From Klebsiella pneumoniae (GTDB lineage Bacteria; Pseudomonadota; Gammaproteobacteria; Eutrophobiales; Eutrophobiaceae), in the NCBI GenBank assembly GCA_945878555.1, contig CAMDWI010000007.1, positions 67,698 through 131,697 of the forward strand: 64,000 nt of DNA, read 5' to 3'. This document shows positions 53,913 to 64,000 of this stretch, one piece after another. The notes under the pieces were generated by a model. The model searched no databases, had not been told where the DNA came from, and worked only from the letters and a program-made list of their open reading frames with translations. Positions within the stretch are counted from its first letter, which is position 1. Each line of letters begins with the position of its first letter. The position numbers were made by a program, and so were the translations under genes.

Positions 53913-55127
53913 CTAGTATTCGCGTTCTGTTGCACGCCATGCCAGTGCCCGTTCTTCGAGTATGGCGATGGCAGGTAAGGTCTTGCCTTCGAGGAATTCC
54001 AGGAACGCCCCGCCGGCGGTGGTGATATAGGACAGTTTCGGTGCTATACCGAACTTGCTGATAGCTGAAAGAGTGTCGCCCCCGCCGGCAACCGAGAAGG
54101 CATGGCTGTCGGCAATGGCATTGGCAACTATCCCGGTTCCGCGGCTGAACTGCTCGATTTCAAACACGCCCAGGGGACCATTCCATATTATCGTCTTCGC
54201 CTGTAACAGCGCGTCGGCATACTGCTGTGCGGTTTTCGGGCCGATATCGAGGATCATATCGTCCTCACCTATATTATCCAGTGTCCGGATCTCTGCCTCT
54301 GCGTAGTCACTGACAGTCTTGCCACAGACTACATCAACCGGTAAGGGCAGGTATTTACCATCCTGTTTCGCAATCTTCATGATTTCCCGCGCGCTGTCCA
54401 GCAACTCGTCTTCACACAGCGAACTGCCGATATCAACACCGCTTGCCTTCAGGAAAGTATTGGCAATACCGCCACCAATGATCAGTTGATCCACCCTGTT
54501 CAGCAATGACTTGAGGATATTCAGTTTGGTCGAGACCTTCGAACCACCCACAATCGCTATCAGCGGTCGTGCCGGATTTTTAAACGCGGCAGTCAGCACT
54601 TCCATTTCCTTCACCATCAACGGACCTGCACAGGCCACCGGCGCATACTTGGCAACGCCATGGGTCGAGGCATGACTGCGGTGTGCCGCGGCAAAGGCAT
54701 CGTTCACATACACATCACACATCGCCGCCATCTTTCTTGCCAGCTGGTCGTCATTTTTTGTCTCGCCGGCCTGGAAACGGACGTTTTCCAGAAGTACGAC
54801 ACGGGCACCGCCTGTTTCCCCGACAGCCGCCCAGTCAGAAATGAACGCAACCTTTTCGCCCAGCAAGGTGGCCAGATGATCGGCAACCAGCGCCAGGCTC
54901 GCCGCCGGGTCAAACTTGCCTTCCTTGGGCCGACCCATATGAGACATCAACACCAGATTTGCCCCGGACTCGATTATCCGGGTGATGGTTGGCAGACAGG
55001 CACGGATACGCTGATCATCTGCGACCTTGCCGTTTCGTACCGGGACGTTGAAATCAACTCGCAAAAGCACACGCTTACCGGACAGCGGGATATCGTCCAG
55101 TGTTACGAACAGGTTATTGCTGGCCAT
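53913..55127 (-). CDS. pgk: Phosphoglycerate kinase
   Basis: RVDFNVP, LENVRF, GGSKVSTK, WNGP.GVFE, GGGDT. Confidence 0.97.
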   Translation of the reverse strand: MASNNLFVTLDDIPLSGKRVLLRVDFNVPVRNGKVADDQRIRACLPTITRIIESGANLVLMSHMGRPKEGKFDPAASLALVADHLATLLGEKVAFISDWAAVGETGGARVVLLENVRFQAGETKNDDQLARKMAAMCDVYVNDAFAAAHRSHASTHGVAKYAPVACAGPLMVKEMEVLTAAFKNPARPLIAIVGGSKVSTKLNILKSLLNRVDQLIIGGGIANTFLKASGVDIGSSLCEDELLDSAREIMKIAKQDGKYLPLPVDVVCGKTVSDYAEAEIRTLDNIGEDDMILDIGPKTAQQYADALLQAKTIIWNGPLGVFEIEQFSRGTGIVANAIADSHAFSVAGGGDTLSAISKFGIAPKLSYITTAGGAFLEFLEGKTLPAIAILEERALAWRATEREY

Positions 55128-55134
55128 GGACCCG

Positions 55135-56148
55135 TTAACCTGCATTCATCAGCGCTATTGTTGTATCGAGCATGCGATTGGAAAAGCCCCACTCATTGTC
55201 ATACCAGGAAACCACCTTGACCAGCTTGCCTTCAATGACCTTTGTCAGTGAGGCATCCAGTGTTGATGATGCCGGATTATGATTGAAATCGATCGACACC
55301 AGCGGCTCTTCGGTATAGGCCAGTATGCCTTGCATCGAACCGGTGGCTGCTGACTTGACCAGCGCATTAATCTCCTTGATGCTGGTCTCACGTGCAGCGA
55401 TGAAACTCAGGTCGACCATCGACACGTTGATGGTGGGAACGCGCACGGCAAAACCATCGAGCTTGCCATTCAGCTCCGGCAAGACCAGTCCTACCGCCGC
55501 TGCTGCACCGGTCTTCGTCGGTATCATCGACATCGTTGCAGACCGTGCACGTCTCAGGTCCGAGTGATAAACATCGGTCAGGACCTGATCATTTGTGTAG
55601 GAATGCACTGTGGTCATGATGCCACTGACAATGCCCACACCATCATGCAATACCTTGGCCAGCGGTGCCAGACAGTTGGTTGTGCAGGAGGCATTTGAAA
55701 TAACAGTATCGGTGGACTTCAGTACGTTATGGTTAACACCGTACACAACGGTCGCATCCACGTCCTTTTCGCCCGGCGCCGAGATGATGACCTTTTTAGC
55801 GCCACCCAACAGATGCTTGCCGGCCTTCTCCTTGCTGGTAAACAGTCCGGTAGATTCATGAACAACATCAACACCTACGTCTTTCCACGGCAGTTTTGCC
55901 GGATCACGTTCGGAGAACACCCGGATTTTGTCACCATTAACGATCATGTAGTCACCTTCGACGCTGACCGTACCATGAAACTTTCCATGTGCTGTGTCGT
56001 AACGTGTCAGGTGTGCGTTCGTCTCTGCATTACCCAGGTCATTGATGGCAACAATCTGGATCTGTTTCGACAGATCAGATTCATATAATGCCCGCAGGAT
56101 GTTCCTGCCGATGCGTCCATAGCCGTTAATACCAATTTTTATAGTCAT
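55135..56148 (-). CDS. gap: Type I glyceraldehyde-3-phosphate dehydrogenase
   Basis: [27 protein letters not shown]. Confidence 0.97.
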   Translation of the reverse strand: MTIKIGINGYGRIGRNILRALYESDLSKQIQIVAINDLGNAETNAHLTRYDTAHGKFHGTVSVEGDYMIVNGDKIRVFSERDPAKLPWKDVGVDVVHESTGLFTSKEKAGKHLLGGAKKVIISAPGEKDVDATVVYGVNHNVLKSTDTVISNASCTTNCLAPLAKVLHDGVGIVSGIMTTVHSYTNDQVLTDVYHSDLRRARSATMSMIPTKTGAAAAVGLVLPELNGKLDGFAVRVPTINVSMVDLSFIAARETSIKEINALVKSAATGSMQGILAYTEEPLVSIDFNHNPASSTLDASLTKVIEGKLVKVVSWYDNEWGFSNRMLDTTIALMNAG

Positions 56149-56191
56149 GAAAAATACTCCGGTTTGGTTACAGATTTTTCTCTATCAATGA

Positions 56192-58186
56192 TCACAACAG
56201 GCTGCTGACCAGTTTAATCAGGTTCGGTGTGGTAATACCAAAATGCTCATACACAACGTTACCAGGCGCGGACTCACCGAAGCCAGGCACCCCGAGTACC
56301 TTGCCATCCAGACCGGTATATTTTTTCCAGAAATCCGGTATGCCCGCCTCAACGGCCACGCGTTTTCGAACATGCGGAGGCAACACCGAGTTCCGGTACT
56401 GCTCATCCTGTGCATCAAAGACATCTGTGCTTGGCATTGACACTACCCGCACCTTGTGGCCTTGCTTGCCGAGGCTCTCTGCTGCATCAATGGCCATGCT
56501 GACCTCGGAGCCAGTGGCAATGATGATGGCATCAGGCTCATCGGTACCACCTGCAATTATATATCCACCACGGGCAATATTGCTGATCTGATCTGCCGTA
56601 CGGGCGATATGGCGCAAATTCTGTCTGGAAAACAGCAGACTGGTCGGGCGGGTACGGTTTTCAATCGCGACCGCCCATGCTACTGCCGTCTCGACCGTAT
56701 CACATGGCCGCCACAGCGACATATTCGGGATCATACGCAGGGTCGCCGCCTGTTCTACCGCCTGGTGGGTAGGCCCATCCTCGCCAAGTCCAATTGAATC
56801 ATGGGTAAACACAAACACGTTGCGCTGTTTCATCAGCGCCGCCATGCGCAAGGCATTGCGGGCATATTCTGAAAAAATGAGGAAGGTGGCGCCGTACGGG
56901 ATAAAACCACCGTGTAGTGCCAGGCCGTTGTTGATCGCGCACATGGCAAATTCACGCACGCCGTAATAGATATAGTTACCCGCCGGGTTGTTCCGGCTGT
57001 TACCGTTTGAACCCGACCAGATGGTCAGGTTCGATCCTGCCAGATCTGCCGAACCGCCAATCAATTCCGGTAACACCGGTCCGAACGCATCGAGCGTATT
57101 CTGCGAGGCCTTGCGTGAGGCTATCGACTCGGTCTTGTCTACGCACTTGCTGATAAATACGCTGACGCTCTGCTTCCATGCTGCCGGCAGATCTCCGCCG
57201 GTTCGACGCACAAACTCGGCAGCAAGCTCCGGATACTGTTTACGATAGACCGCAAACCTGTCATTCCAGGCAGATTCCAGCGTGGCACCCTGACTACGAC
57301 AGTCCCAGGCCTGGTAATAATTCTCCGGTATAACAAATGACTCGTGCTGCCAGCCCAGCGTCTTGCGGACCAGCGCGACTTCGTCAGCGCCGAGTGCAGC
57401 GCCGTGACAGGCCTCCTTGCCTTGCTTGTTTGGTGAACCCTTGCCGATAATCGTGTTACAGACCAGCAGGCTGGGTCTGTCGGTGACAGCTCGTGCTGCC
57501 AGTAGTGCCGTATTGATAGCCTCAGGGTCATGGCCATCGATACCATCGATAACATGCCACTGATAAGCTTCAAAGCGTTTTGCCACGTCCTCGGTAAACC
57601 AGCCATCTACCTCGCCATCGATGGAGATACCGTTGCTGTCATAAATGGCAATCAGCTTGCCCAGACCCAGCGTTCCGGCCAGCGAGCAGGCCTCATGGGA
57701 TACACCTTCCATCAGGCAACCATCACCCACAAACACATAGGTGTAATGATTTACAACCTCGAAACCGTCGCGATTGAACTGCGCGGCCAGTGTGCGTTCG
57801 GCCAGTGCCATACCCACCGCATTGGCCAGACCCTGCCCCAGAGGGCCGGTGGTCGTCTCGACGCCGGGTGTATAACCATGCTCGGGATGACCGGGCGTCT
57901 TCGAATGTAATTGCCGGAAGTTCTTTATATCGTCGATGGACAGGTCATACCCGGTCAGATGCAGCAAGGAGTACAACAACATGGAGCCATGTCCGTTCGA
58001 CAAGACAAAACGATCACGATCCACCCAGGTCGGGTTGGTCGGGTTGTGACGGAGGAAATCCCGCCAGAGCACAGTGGCAATCTCCGCCATACCCATCGGG
58101 GCACCGGGATGGCCTGAATTGGCCTTCTGCACGGCATCCATGCTAAGGACACGGATGGCGTTCGCTAATTCATGCCTGGACAGCAT
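56192..58186 (-). CDS. tkt: Transketolase
   Basis: [25 protein letters not shown]. Confidence 0.97.
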   Translation of the reverse strand: MLSRHELANAIRVLSMDAVQKANSGHPGAPMGMAEIATVLWRDFLRHNPTNPTWVDRDRFVLSNGHGSMLLYSLLHLTGYDLSIDDIKNFRQLHSKTPGHPEHGYTPGVETTTGPLGQGLANAVGMALAERTLAAQFNRDGFEVVNHYTYVFVGDGCLMEGVSHEACSLAGTLGLGKLIAIYDSNGISIDGEVDGWFTEDVAKRFEAYQWHVIDGIDGHDPEAINTALLAARAVTDRPSLLVCNTIIGKGSPNKQGKEACHGAALGADEVALVRKTLGWQHESFVIPENYYQAWDCRSQGATLESAWNDRFAVYRKQYPELAAEFVRRTGGDLPAAWKQSVSVFISKCVDKTESIASRKASQNTLDAFGPVLPELIGGSADLAGSNLTIWSGSNGNSRNNPAGNYIYYGVREFAMCAINNGLALHGGFIPYGATFLIFSEYARNALRMAALMKQRNVFVFTHDSIGLGEDGPTHQAVEQAATLRMIPNMSLWRPCDTVETAVAWAVAIENRTRPTSLLFSRQNLRHIARTADQISNIARGGYIIAGGTDEPDAIIIATGSEVSMAIDAAESLGKQGHKVRVVSMPSTDVFDAQDEQYRNSVLPPHVRKRVAVEAGIPDFWKKYTGLDGKVLGVPGFGESAPGNVVYEHFGITTPNLIKLVSSLL

Positions 58187-58414
58187 TTATATCTCCACTC
58201 TCTGGTTTAATGTCGCAATCGTAATACTGCAGGCTGCCATGGACAGCATGTTTCCTGTATTTTCCAGGCATTACACTAGCTTTAGCCAACGTGAAACTGC
58301 AGGCGTCGAACAATTGTCTGGGGCTGGAGGCGGGTTTGCACCCTGGTACACAGGCCTGATTAACAGGGCCGTACATTGTCGCTCAGGAGGTGCGTCTGGG
58401 CAAGCACGGATCTT

Positions 58415-58969
58415 TCATTCCCGCCATTTTATTGAACATCCCATGCTTGGTATCTGACTGGCAGGTCCTGTACCGGTCCTGGAAATCTGCATCATCGCCT
58501 CAAATAATTCGCGTCTGGCGCCAGGATGGGGGTTTGAGGGAGTGGTGTCATCCAGTCGGCCCCGGTATTGCAACTCCAGATCACGGTTATATCCAAAAAA
58601 ATCCGGGGTACAGACGGCGCCATAGACCTTGCCCACCTGTTGGGTCTCATCTATCAGATAAGGGAACGGATAGCTGAACTCGGCTGCTACACGTCGCATA
58701 TTTTCAAGCGAATCTGCCGGGAATGCCGCTGTATCATTTGACATGATAGCGACCGTATGTACACCCGCCTTCAGCAGTTCGGCCGCATCCCGAACCAGCA
58801 GGTGCTGCACCGCCTTCACATACGGACAATGATTACAGATAAACATGACCAGTGTGCCATTCGGTCCACGGCATTGCTCCAGCGACCACATCCGTCCGTC
58901 AGTACCGGGCAGATTAAAATCCGGCGCGGGCTGTCCAAAATCACAGACAGGTGTATTCAGTAATGCCAT
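58415..58969 (-). CDS. Thioredoxin/AhpC-TSA family protein
   Basis: VMFICNHCPYV, GAVCTPDFF, YRGRLD, SMGCSIKW. Confidence 0.9.
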   Translation of the reverse strand: MALLNTPVCDFGQPAPDFNLPGTDGRMWSLEQCRGPNGTLVMFICNHCPYVKAVQHLLVRDAAELLKAGVHTVAIMSNDTAAFPADSLENMRRVAAEFSYPFPYLIDETQQVGKVYGAVCTPDFFGYNRDLELQYRGRLDDTTPSNPHPGARRELFEAMMQISRTGTGPASQIPSMGCSIKWRE

Positions 58970-59175
58970 CAGCAAATTCCTCCCGGATTCAGGTCTGTAT
59001 TACCATGGCAGAGCATGATCCGCTCTGGCACTGACATTATGCCTGTTTTAACGCGATCACATAAGCACCTGATCAGTGTGCCCCACACTACTGACCCAAC
59101 ATCAGGATCATCAACCGATTTTAGGGTATAGTGGCCACCTGACCCGAACTTCAACCTCTGTAAGGATTATTTTTT

Positions 59176-60345
59176 ATGCAGAAGAATTACCTTTTTACCT
59201 CTGAGTCCGTATCCGAAGGCCACCCGGACAAAATGGCAGACCAGATTTCAGATGCCGTACTGGATGCATTACTTGCGCAGGATCCGATGTCCCGGGTCGC
59301 CTGTGAAACACTGATTACAACCGGTATGGTCGTGCTGGCCGGCGAGATTACCTCAAAGGCTAACATCGATTATGCCGCCGCCGCACGCGAGACAATCCGC
59401 CAGATCGGTTATACCTCGTCCTATATGGGTTATGACGCTGATACCTGCGCCGTACTTGTATCACTGGACAAACAGTCACCGGACATCGCCCAGGGCGTGA
59501 ACGAAGGCCAGGGTCTGGATCTGGACCAGGGTGCCGGTGACCAGGGTCTGATGTTCGGATATGCGTGTAATGAAACTGACGTCCTGATGCCATTTGCCAT
59601 CACCTACGCACACCGTCTGGTCAAAAAGCAGTCCGAGGTGCGCAAGCAGGGTGTATTGCCCTGGTTACGCCCCGACGCCAAGTCGCAGGTGACCGTGGTA
59701 TATGAAGACGGCAAGCCAAAATCAATTGATACCGTCGTCCTGTCTACCCAGCACAATCCGGAGATCGGCCACAAGGAATTGTCCGAGGCCGTGATCGAAC
59801 AGATCATCAAGCCGGTACTGCCTAAAGACATGATTACCTCAAAGACCCGTTATCTGGTCAACCCGACCGGACGCTTCGTTATCGGCGGTCCGATGGGTGA
59901 TTGTGGTCTGACCGGGCGCAAGATTATTGTCGATACCTATGGTGGCTCCGCCCATCACGGTGGCGGCGCCTTCTCCGGCAAGGACCCGTCCAAGGTTGAC
60001 CGTTCTGCCGCCTATGCCGGTCGTTATGTTGCCAAGAACATCGTTGCCGCCGGTCTGGCCGATGTCTGTGAGGTCCAGGTTGCCTACGCGATTGGTGTAG
60101 CCAAACCGGTCAGCACACTGGTCAATACCTATGGGACCAACAAGATAGATGAGGCGAAGATCATCGCGCTGGTCAACGAGCATTTCGATCTGCGACCAAA
60201 AGCGATCATCCAGACGCTGGATCTGCTGCGGCCTATCTACCGCAACAGTGCCGCCTACGGCCACTTCGGTCGTGAAGACGTGCAGTTCCCATGGGAAAAG
60301 ACCGACAAGGCCGCTGCCCTCCGGTCAGCTGCGGGACTGAAATAG
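59176..60345 (+). CDS. metK: S-adenosylmethionine synthase
   Basis: [35 protein letters not shown]. Confidence 0.97.
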   Translation: MQKNYLFTSESVSEGHPDKMADQISDAVLDALLAQDPMSRVACETLITTGMVVLAGEITSKANIDYAAAARETIRQIGYTSSYMGYDADTCAVLVSLDKQSPDIAQGVNEGQGLDLDQGAGDQGLMFGYACNETDVLMPFAITYAHRLVKKQSEVRKQGVLPWLRPDAKSQVTVVYEDGKPKSIDTVVLSTQHNPEIGHKELSEAVIEQIIKPVLPKDMITSKTRYLVNPTGRFVIGGPMGDCGLTGRKIIVDTYGGSAHHGGGAFSGKDPSKVDRSAAYAGRYVAKNIVAAGLADVCEVQVAYAIGVAKPVSTLVNTYGTNKIDEAKIIALVNEHFDLRPKAIIQTLDLLRPIYRNSAAYGHFGREDVQFPWEKTDKAAALRSAAGLK

Positions 60346-60371
60346 GTTTCCAGTCTATCTGTGAAGATCCG

Positions 60372-60479
60372 GCTGCAACCCGGGACGGACGTTTCAGACA
60401 CGCCGTGAATACATCCATGTAGGCTCGGGTGCCGCATCCATGCGGCACACGGTCTTACACGTCCATCCCGGGTTGCAGC
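60372..60479 (-). repeat. Dispersed structured intergenic element, copy 5 (GGA-loop strand -)
   Basis: Arms GCTGCAACCCGGGACGGACG / CGTCCATCCCGGGTTGCAGC; same core with two ATGGAT loops on minus strand. Confidence 0.92.
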
Positions 60480-60562
60480 AACAGTCGATTTTCCGGAACA
60501 GTACCCTCGGCACGGCAGCTGACCAACTATCAGCCAGACATGAAACTTATTGATGTCTCCGG

Positions 60563-60591
60563 TTGTCAGTTCTACTGAACGACACTATACT
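60563..60591 (+). promoter_or_regulatory. Putative sigma70 promoter for ahcY-metF
   Basis: TTGTCA-17 nt-TATACT upstream of the SAH riboswitch. Confidence 0.6.
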
Positions 60592-60635
60592 TAGCACCCC
60601 GATACAGACCATCTGCATCGGTTTACATCAGCATC

Positions 60636-60703
60636 CACTCCGAGGAGCGTTGCGACGGGTCCACCCGCCAGGCTTGGAGTGAGGTTCAATCAAACGGCGC
60701 TCG
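60636..60703 (+). promoter_or_regulatory. SAH riboswitch
   Basis: GAGGAGCGTTGCGAC...GCCAGGCTTGGAG...AACGGCGCTC pseudoknot signature directly upstream of ahcY. Confidence 0.92.
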
Positions 60704-60727
60704 TTGTGTTATTAGGAGAATAACAAG

Positions 60728-62143
60728 ATGAGCGTAGCAGGCAAGACACTGTTCAAGGATTACCATGTAGCCGATATGTCACTGGCCACATGGGGCCACA
60801 AGGAAATCCGTATCGCCGAGACCGAAATGCCGGGCCTGATGGCAATACGTCGTGAATACGGTAGCCAGCAACCACTGAAAGGCGCACGCGTAGCCGGTTC
60901 CTTACACATGACCATCCAGACTGCCGTACTGATCGAGACGCTGGTCGCACTCGGTGCAGAGGTACGCTGGGCGTCATGCAATATCTACTCAACCCAGGAC
61001 CATGCCGCAGCGGCAGTCGCTGACCAACAGATCCCTGTGTTTGCCTACAAGGGTGAATCACTGGAAGAATACTGGGACTACACCCACCGCATACTCGACT
61101 GGCACGACGGCGGCACACCGAACATGATCCTCGACGATGGTGGCGATGCCACCATGCTGGTCATACTCGGTTCGAATGCAGAGAAAGACATCTCTGTGCT
61201 CGACAATCCGGGCAGCACCGAGGAGAAATTCCTGTTTGCCTCGATCCGTAACAAGCTGAAAACCCATCCGGGCTGGTATTCCAGGATCAAGGCCAACATC
61301 AAGGGCGTGACCGAAGAAACAACGACCGGTGTACATCGTCTGTACCAGATGAAGAAGAACGGCACACTGCCGTTCCCGGCCATCAACGTAAATGACTCGG
61401 TGACCAAGTCGAAGTTTGACAATCTCTACGGCTGCCGTGAGTCGCTGGTTGACGGCATCAAACGTGCCACCGACGTGATGATCGCCGGCAAGGTATGTCT
61501 GGTGCTCGGTTATGGCGATGTGGGCAAGGGAAGCGCACAATCGTTACGGGGTCTGGGCGCAACGGTCTGGATAACAGAAATTGATCCGATCTGTGCGTTA
61601 CAGGCGGCGATGGAAGGTTACCGCGTCGTTCGTATGGATGAGGTCTGCGACCAGGTAGATATCTTTGTGACAGCCACGGGCAACTTCAATGTCATCACTC
61701 ATGATCATATGTTACGCATGAAAGACCAGGCCATCGTCTGTAACATCGGCCATTTTGACAACGAGATTGACATCGCCAGTATCGAGAAATACCAGTGGGA
61801 CGAGATCAAGCCGCAGGTGGATCATGTGATCTTCCCGGACGGCAAGCGCATCATCCTGCTGGCCAAGGGCCGACTGGTAAATCTGGGCTGTGGAACGGGT
61901 CATCCGAGCTTCGTCATGTCGAACTCATTCACGAACCAGGTGCTCGCGCAGATCGAGTTGTATTCGCACAATTCAAAATACACCAACGACGTGTATATAC
62001 TCCCGAAACATCTGGATGAAAAGGTTGCCAGGCTGCATCTGCAAAGGATCGGCGCGAACCTGACCGAACTGACACCGAAGCAGGCTGAATATATCAGTGT
62101 CGACAGGAACGGTCCGTACAAGGCGGATCATTACAGGTACTAG
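60728..62143 (+). CDS. ahcY: Adenosylhomocysteinase
   Basis: [41 protein letters not shown]. Confidence 0.97.
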   Translation: MSVAGKTLFKDYHVADMSLATWGHKEIRIAETEMPGLMAIRREYGSQQPLKGARVAGSLHMTIQTAVLIETLVALGAEVRWASCNIYSTQDHAAAAVADQQIPVFAYKGESLEEYWDYTHRILDWHDGGTPNMILDDGGDATMLVILGSNAEKDISVLDNPGSTEEKFLFASIRNKLKTHPGWYSRIKANIKGVTEETTTGVHRLYQMKKNGTLPFPAINVNDSVTKSKFDNLYGCRESLVDGIKRATDVMIAGKVCLVLGYGDVGKGSAQSLRGLGATVWITEIDPICALQAAMEGYRVVRMDEVCDQVDIFVTATGNFNVITHDHMLRMKDQAIVCNIGHFDNEIDIASIEKYQWDEIKPQVDHVIFPDGKRIILLAKGRLVNLGCGTGHPSFVMSNSFTNQVLAQIELYSHNSKYTNDVYILPKHLDEKVARLHLQRIGANLTELTPKQAEYISVDRNGPYKADHYRY

Positions 62144-62152
62144 AAGTTTGTT

Positions 62153-62198
62153 GTCCGTTACGCGTCATTCATCCGGCGCGTAACGGACGATCTTTACG
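62153..62198 (+). other. Intergenic hairpin between ahcY and metF
   Basis: GTCCGTTACGCG...CGCGTAACGGAC inverted repeat. Confidence 0.5.
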
Positions 62199-62207
62199 GG
62201 AAATAAT

Positions 62208-63077
62208 ATGTCCACGTCAGCACAGACCAGAAAAAAGTACAGCTTCGAATTCTTCCCGCCGCGTTCGGCGGAGACCGAGGAAAAGCTGCAACACACGATG
62301 CAGCGCCTGGCTGCCCTGCAGCCCGACTTTTTTTCAGTCACGTTTGGTGCCGGTGGCAGCACCCGCGACAAGACACTGGAGACCGTGCTGTCGGTACGCG
62401 AGGCGACCGGTATTGATGCGGCACCGCATATCTCGTGTATTGGTTATGCGCTTGATGATCTGAAACAGGTAATCTCGACCTACCGCGAACACGGACTGCG
62501 TCACATCGTCGCACTGCGTGGCGATATTCCGTCCGGTGCGATAGGCAGCGGACCGCTGAAATACGCGAATGAGCTGGTCGGACTGATCCGTGCTGAAACC
62601 GGTGATTATTTTCATATTGATGTTGCGTGTTATCCGGAAGTACATCCGCAATCGGTTAGTGCGCGCAAGGATTTTGAAAACTTCAAACGCAAGGTGGATG
62701 CCGGGGCGAACGGGGCGATTACCCAGTACTTCTATAACCCGGATGCCTACTTTTATTTTATGGATGACTGTCAACGCGCCGGTATCGACATCCCTGTCAT
62801 ACCCGGGATCATGCCTATTATCAACCGCGAACAGTTACTCCGCTTTTCCCGACTGTGTGGTGCGGAAATTCCACTCTGGATTTTAAAAAGACTGGAGGAC
62901 TATGCGGACGATCTGGACGCCATCCAGACCTTTGGTAACGATGTTGTCACTGGCTTGTGCTCTACCTTGCTGGAAGGTGGTGCACCCGGCCTGCATTTCT
63001 ATACGATGAACCGCCACCATTCGTCCGAGACCATCTGGCAAAATCTGCGTCTGACCGGCTCGCCAGACTCCGGCTGA
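62208..63077 (+). CDS. metF: Methylenetetrahydrofolate reductase
   Basis: SFEFFPP, SVTFGAGGST, ALRGD, YPEVHP, ITQYF, GLHFYTMN. Confidence 0.96.
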   Translation: MSTSAQTRKKYSFEFFPPRSAETEEKLQHTMQRLAALQPDFFSVTFGAGGSTRDKTLETVLSVREATGIDAAPHISCIGYALDDLKQVISTYREHGLRHIVALRGDIPSGAIGSGPLKYANELVGLIRAETGDYFHIDVACYPEVHPQSVSARKDFENFKRKVDAGANGAITQYFYNPDAYFYFMDDCQRAGIDIPVIPGIMPIINREQLLRFSRLCGAEIPLWILKRLEDYADDLDAIQTFGNDVVTGLCSTLLEGGAPGLHFYTMNRHHSSETIWQNLRLTGSPDSG

Positions 63078-63200
63078 TAGCCGCCATACCATAGCCACGA
63101 TTCGGGGAGAATCCCCTTTCACGCGTGGTTTCTCCTGCCTGATACTTGTAGTGTCCATGACAAGGTTGTATTTTGCGTCAATCAGTAACGATGGAGAGCT

Positions 63201-64000
63201 GTGTTGCAAGTCCAGACTGCCGGTAACGAATTGAACAGTACGACGACCGATATCCTGTTTGTCGACGATGACCCGCTTATCGTCGAATCGCTTTCGATCG
63301 CGCTGGGCAAACAATACCGTGTCTTTTCGGCATCGAATCGGGAACAGACCCGCGAGCTGCTGCGCAAACTGGGCAAAACGCCTTCGATTGCGCTGATTGA
63401 TCTGGGGCTGCCTCCGCTGCCACATAATCCGGATGAAGGTTTCAGGCTGATCAGTGAACTCATCGTCTTTAATCCGGACATCAAGATACTGGTCCTGTCA
63501 GGACAGAGTGATTCTGCCAATATCCAGCACGCACTGACACTCGGCGCTGTTGACTTCGTCCCTAAACCCTGTGACATCCCCTTGTTACGTGCACGCCTGA
63601 AACACCAGCAGATGATGCTGGAGGCCGAGCTGTCCAGTGCCAGTGGTGAGTTGAGTGATGAGGGCTTTCTCGGGGAAAGCCCGGCAATCAAGACATTACA
63701 TGACATCATCCGCCAGTTTGCCAATACCCCGTTTCCGGTGCTGGTAGAAGGTGAGTCCGGCAGCGGCAAGGAGCTTGTGGCCAGATACATCCATGAACAA
63801 AGCCCGCGCGCCGGTTCACCCTTCCTGACGATCAACTGCGCCGCCTTCTCCTCGGAATTGCTGGAGGCGCAACTGTTCGGTCATGCCAAAGGTGCCTACA
63901 CCGGCGCCGGCAAGGACCGGGCCGGTTTTTTTGAAGATGCAGGTGATGGCAGCCTGGTGCTCGATGAGATCGGTGAGCTGCCGCTTGGACTGCAATCGAA
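63201..64000 (+). CDS. Sigma54-dependent response regulator (receiver + AAA+), truncated by window end
   Basis: Manual translation from GTG 63201 (GGAG RBS): ILFVDDD, DLGLPP, GESGSGKE, INCAA, FGHAKGAYTGA, LDEIGE; not in ORF track. Confidence 0.9.
   Translation, partial: MLQVQTAGNELNSTTTDILFVDDDPLIVESLSIALGKQYRVFSASNREQTRELLRKLGKTPSIALIDLGLPPLPHNPDEGFRLISELIVFNPDIKILVLSGQSDSANIQHALTLGAVDFVPKPCDIPLLRARLKHQQMMLEAELSSASGELSDEGFLGESPAIKTLHDIIRQFANTPFPVLVEGESGSGKELVARYIHEQSPRAGSPFLTINCAAFSSELLEAQLFGHAKGAYTGAGKDRAGFFEDAGDGSLVLDEIGELPLGLQS

Noticed and set aside
59176-63077. metK-SAH riboswitch-ahcY-metF as a novel system
   Set aside because: Well-described proteobacterial SAM-recycling arrangement
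63182-63835. 217-aa ORF on - strand
   Set aside because: Antisense shadow of the sigma54 regulator on + strand

Overview
64 kb of a gammaproteobacterial chromosome, mostly conserved housekeeping blocks: yrfG/cysQ, msbA, prkB, bfr/bfd, lemA-GIDE-djlA, cutA-dsbD-tlpA-aroQ-accBC-prmA-dusB-fis-purHD, hisBH, hemF, dtd, rpiA, zapAB-6S RNA, pepP-ubiH-ubiI-glnS, speD, purC, tkt-gap-pgk-pyk-fba, metK-SAH riboswitch-ahcY-metF, and a truncated sigma54 regulator. There is one accessory-looking four-gene envelope module of unknown function (two-CxxCH DUF1592 protein, Tat-like DUF1552 protein, secreted ankyrin protein, Cys-rich TonB receptor). The most striking unannotated signal is a family of five dispersed intergenic structured elements (about 105-200 nt). 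Each has a conserved ~68-nt core with ANGGAN-loop (CsrA/RsmA-type) hairpins, closed by 18-22 bp inverted arms whose sequence differs in every copy. G-U wobbles in the arms identify one functional strand, and one copy carries a nested insertion adding more GGA hairpins. A 51-aa two-TM small protein missed by the ORF track is also visible. No CRISPR array, tRNA, rRNA, integrase or transposase was seen. All family calls are from memory of sequence motifs, not database searches.
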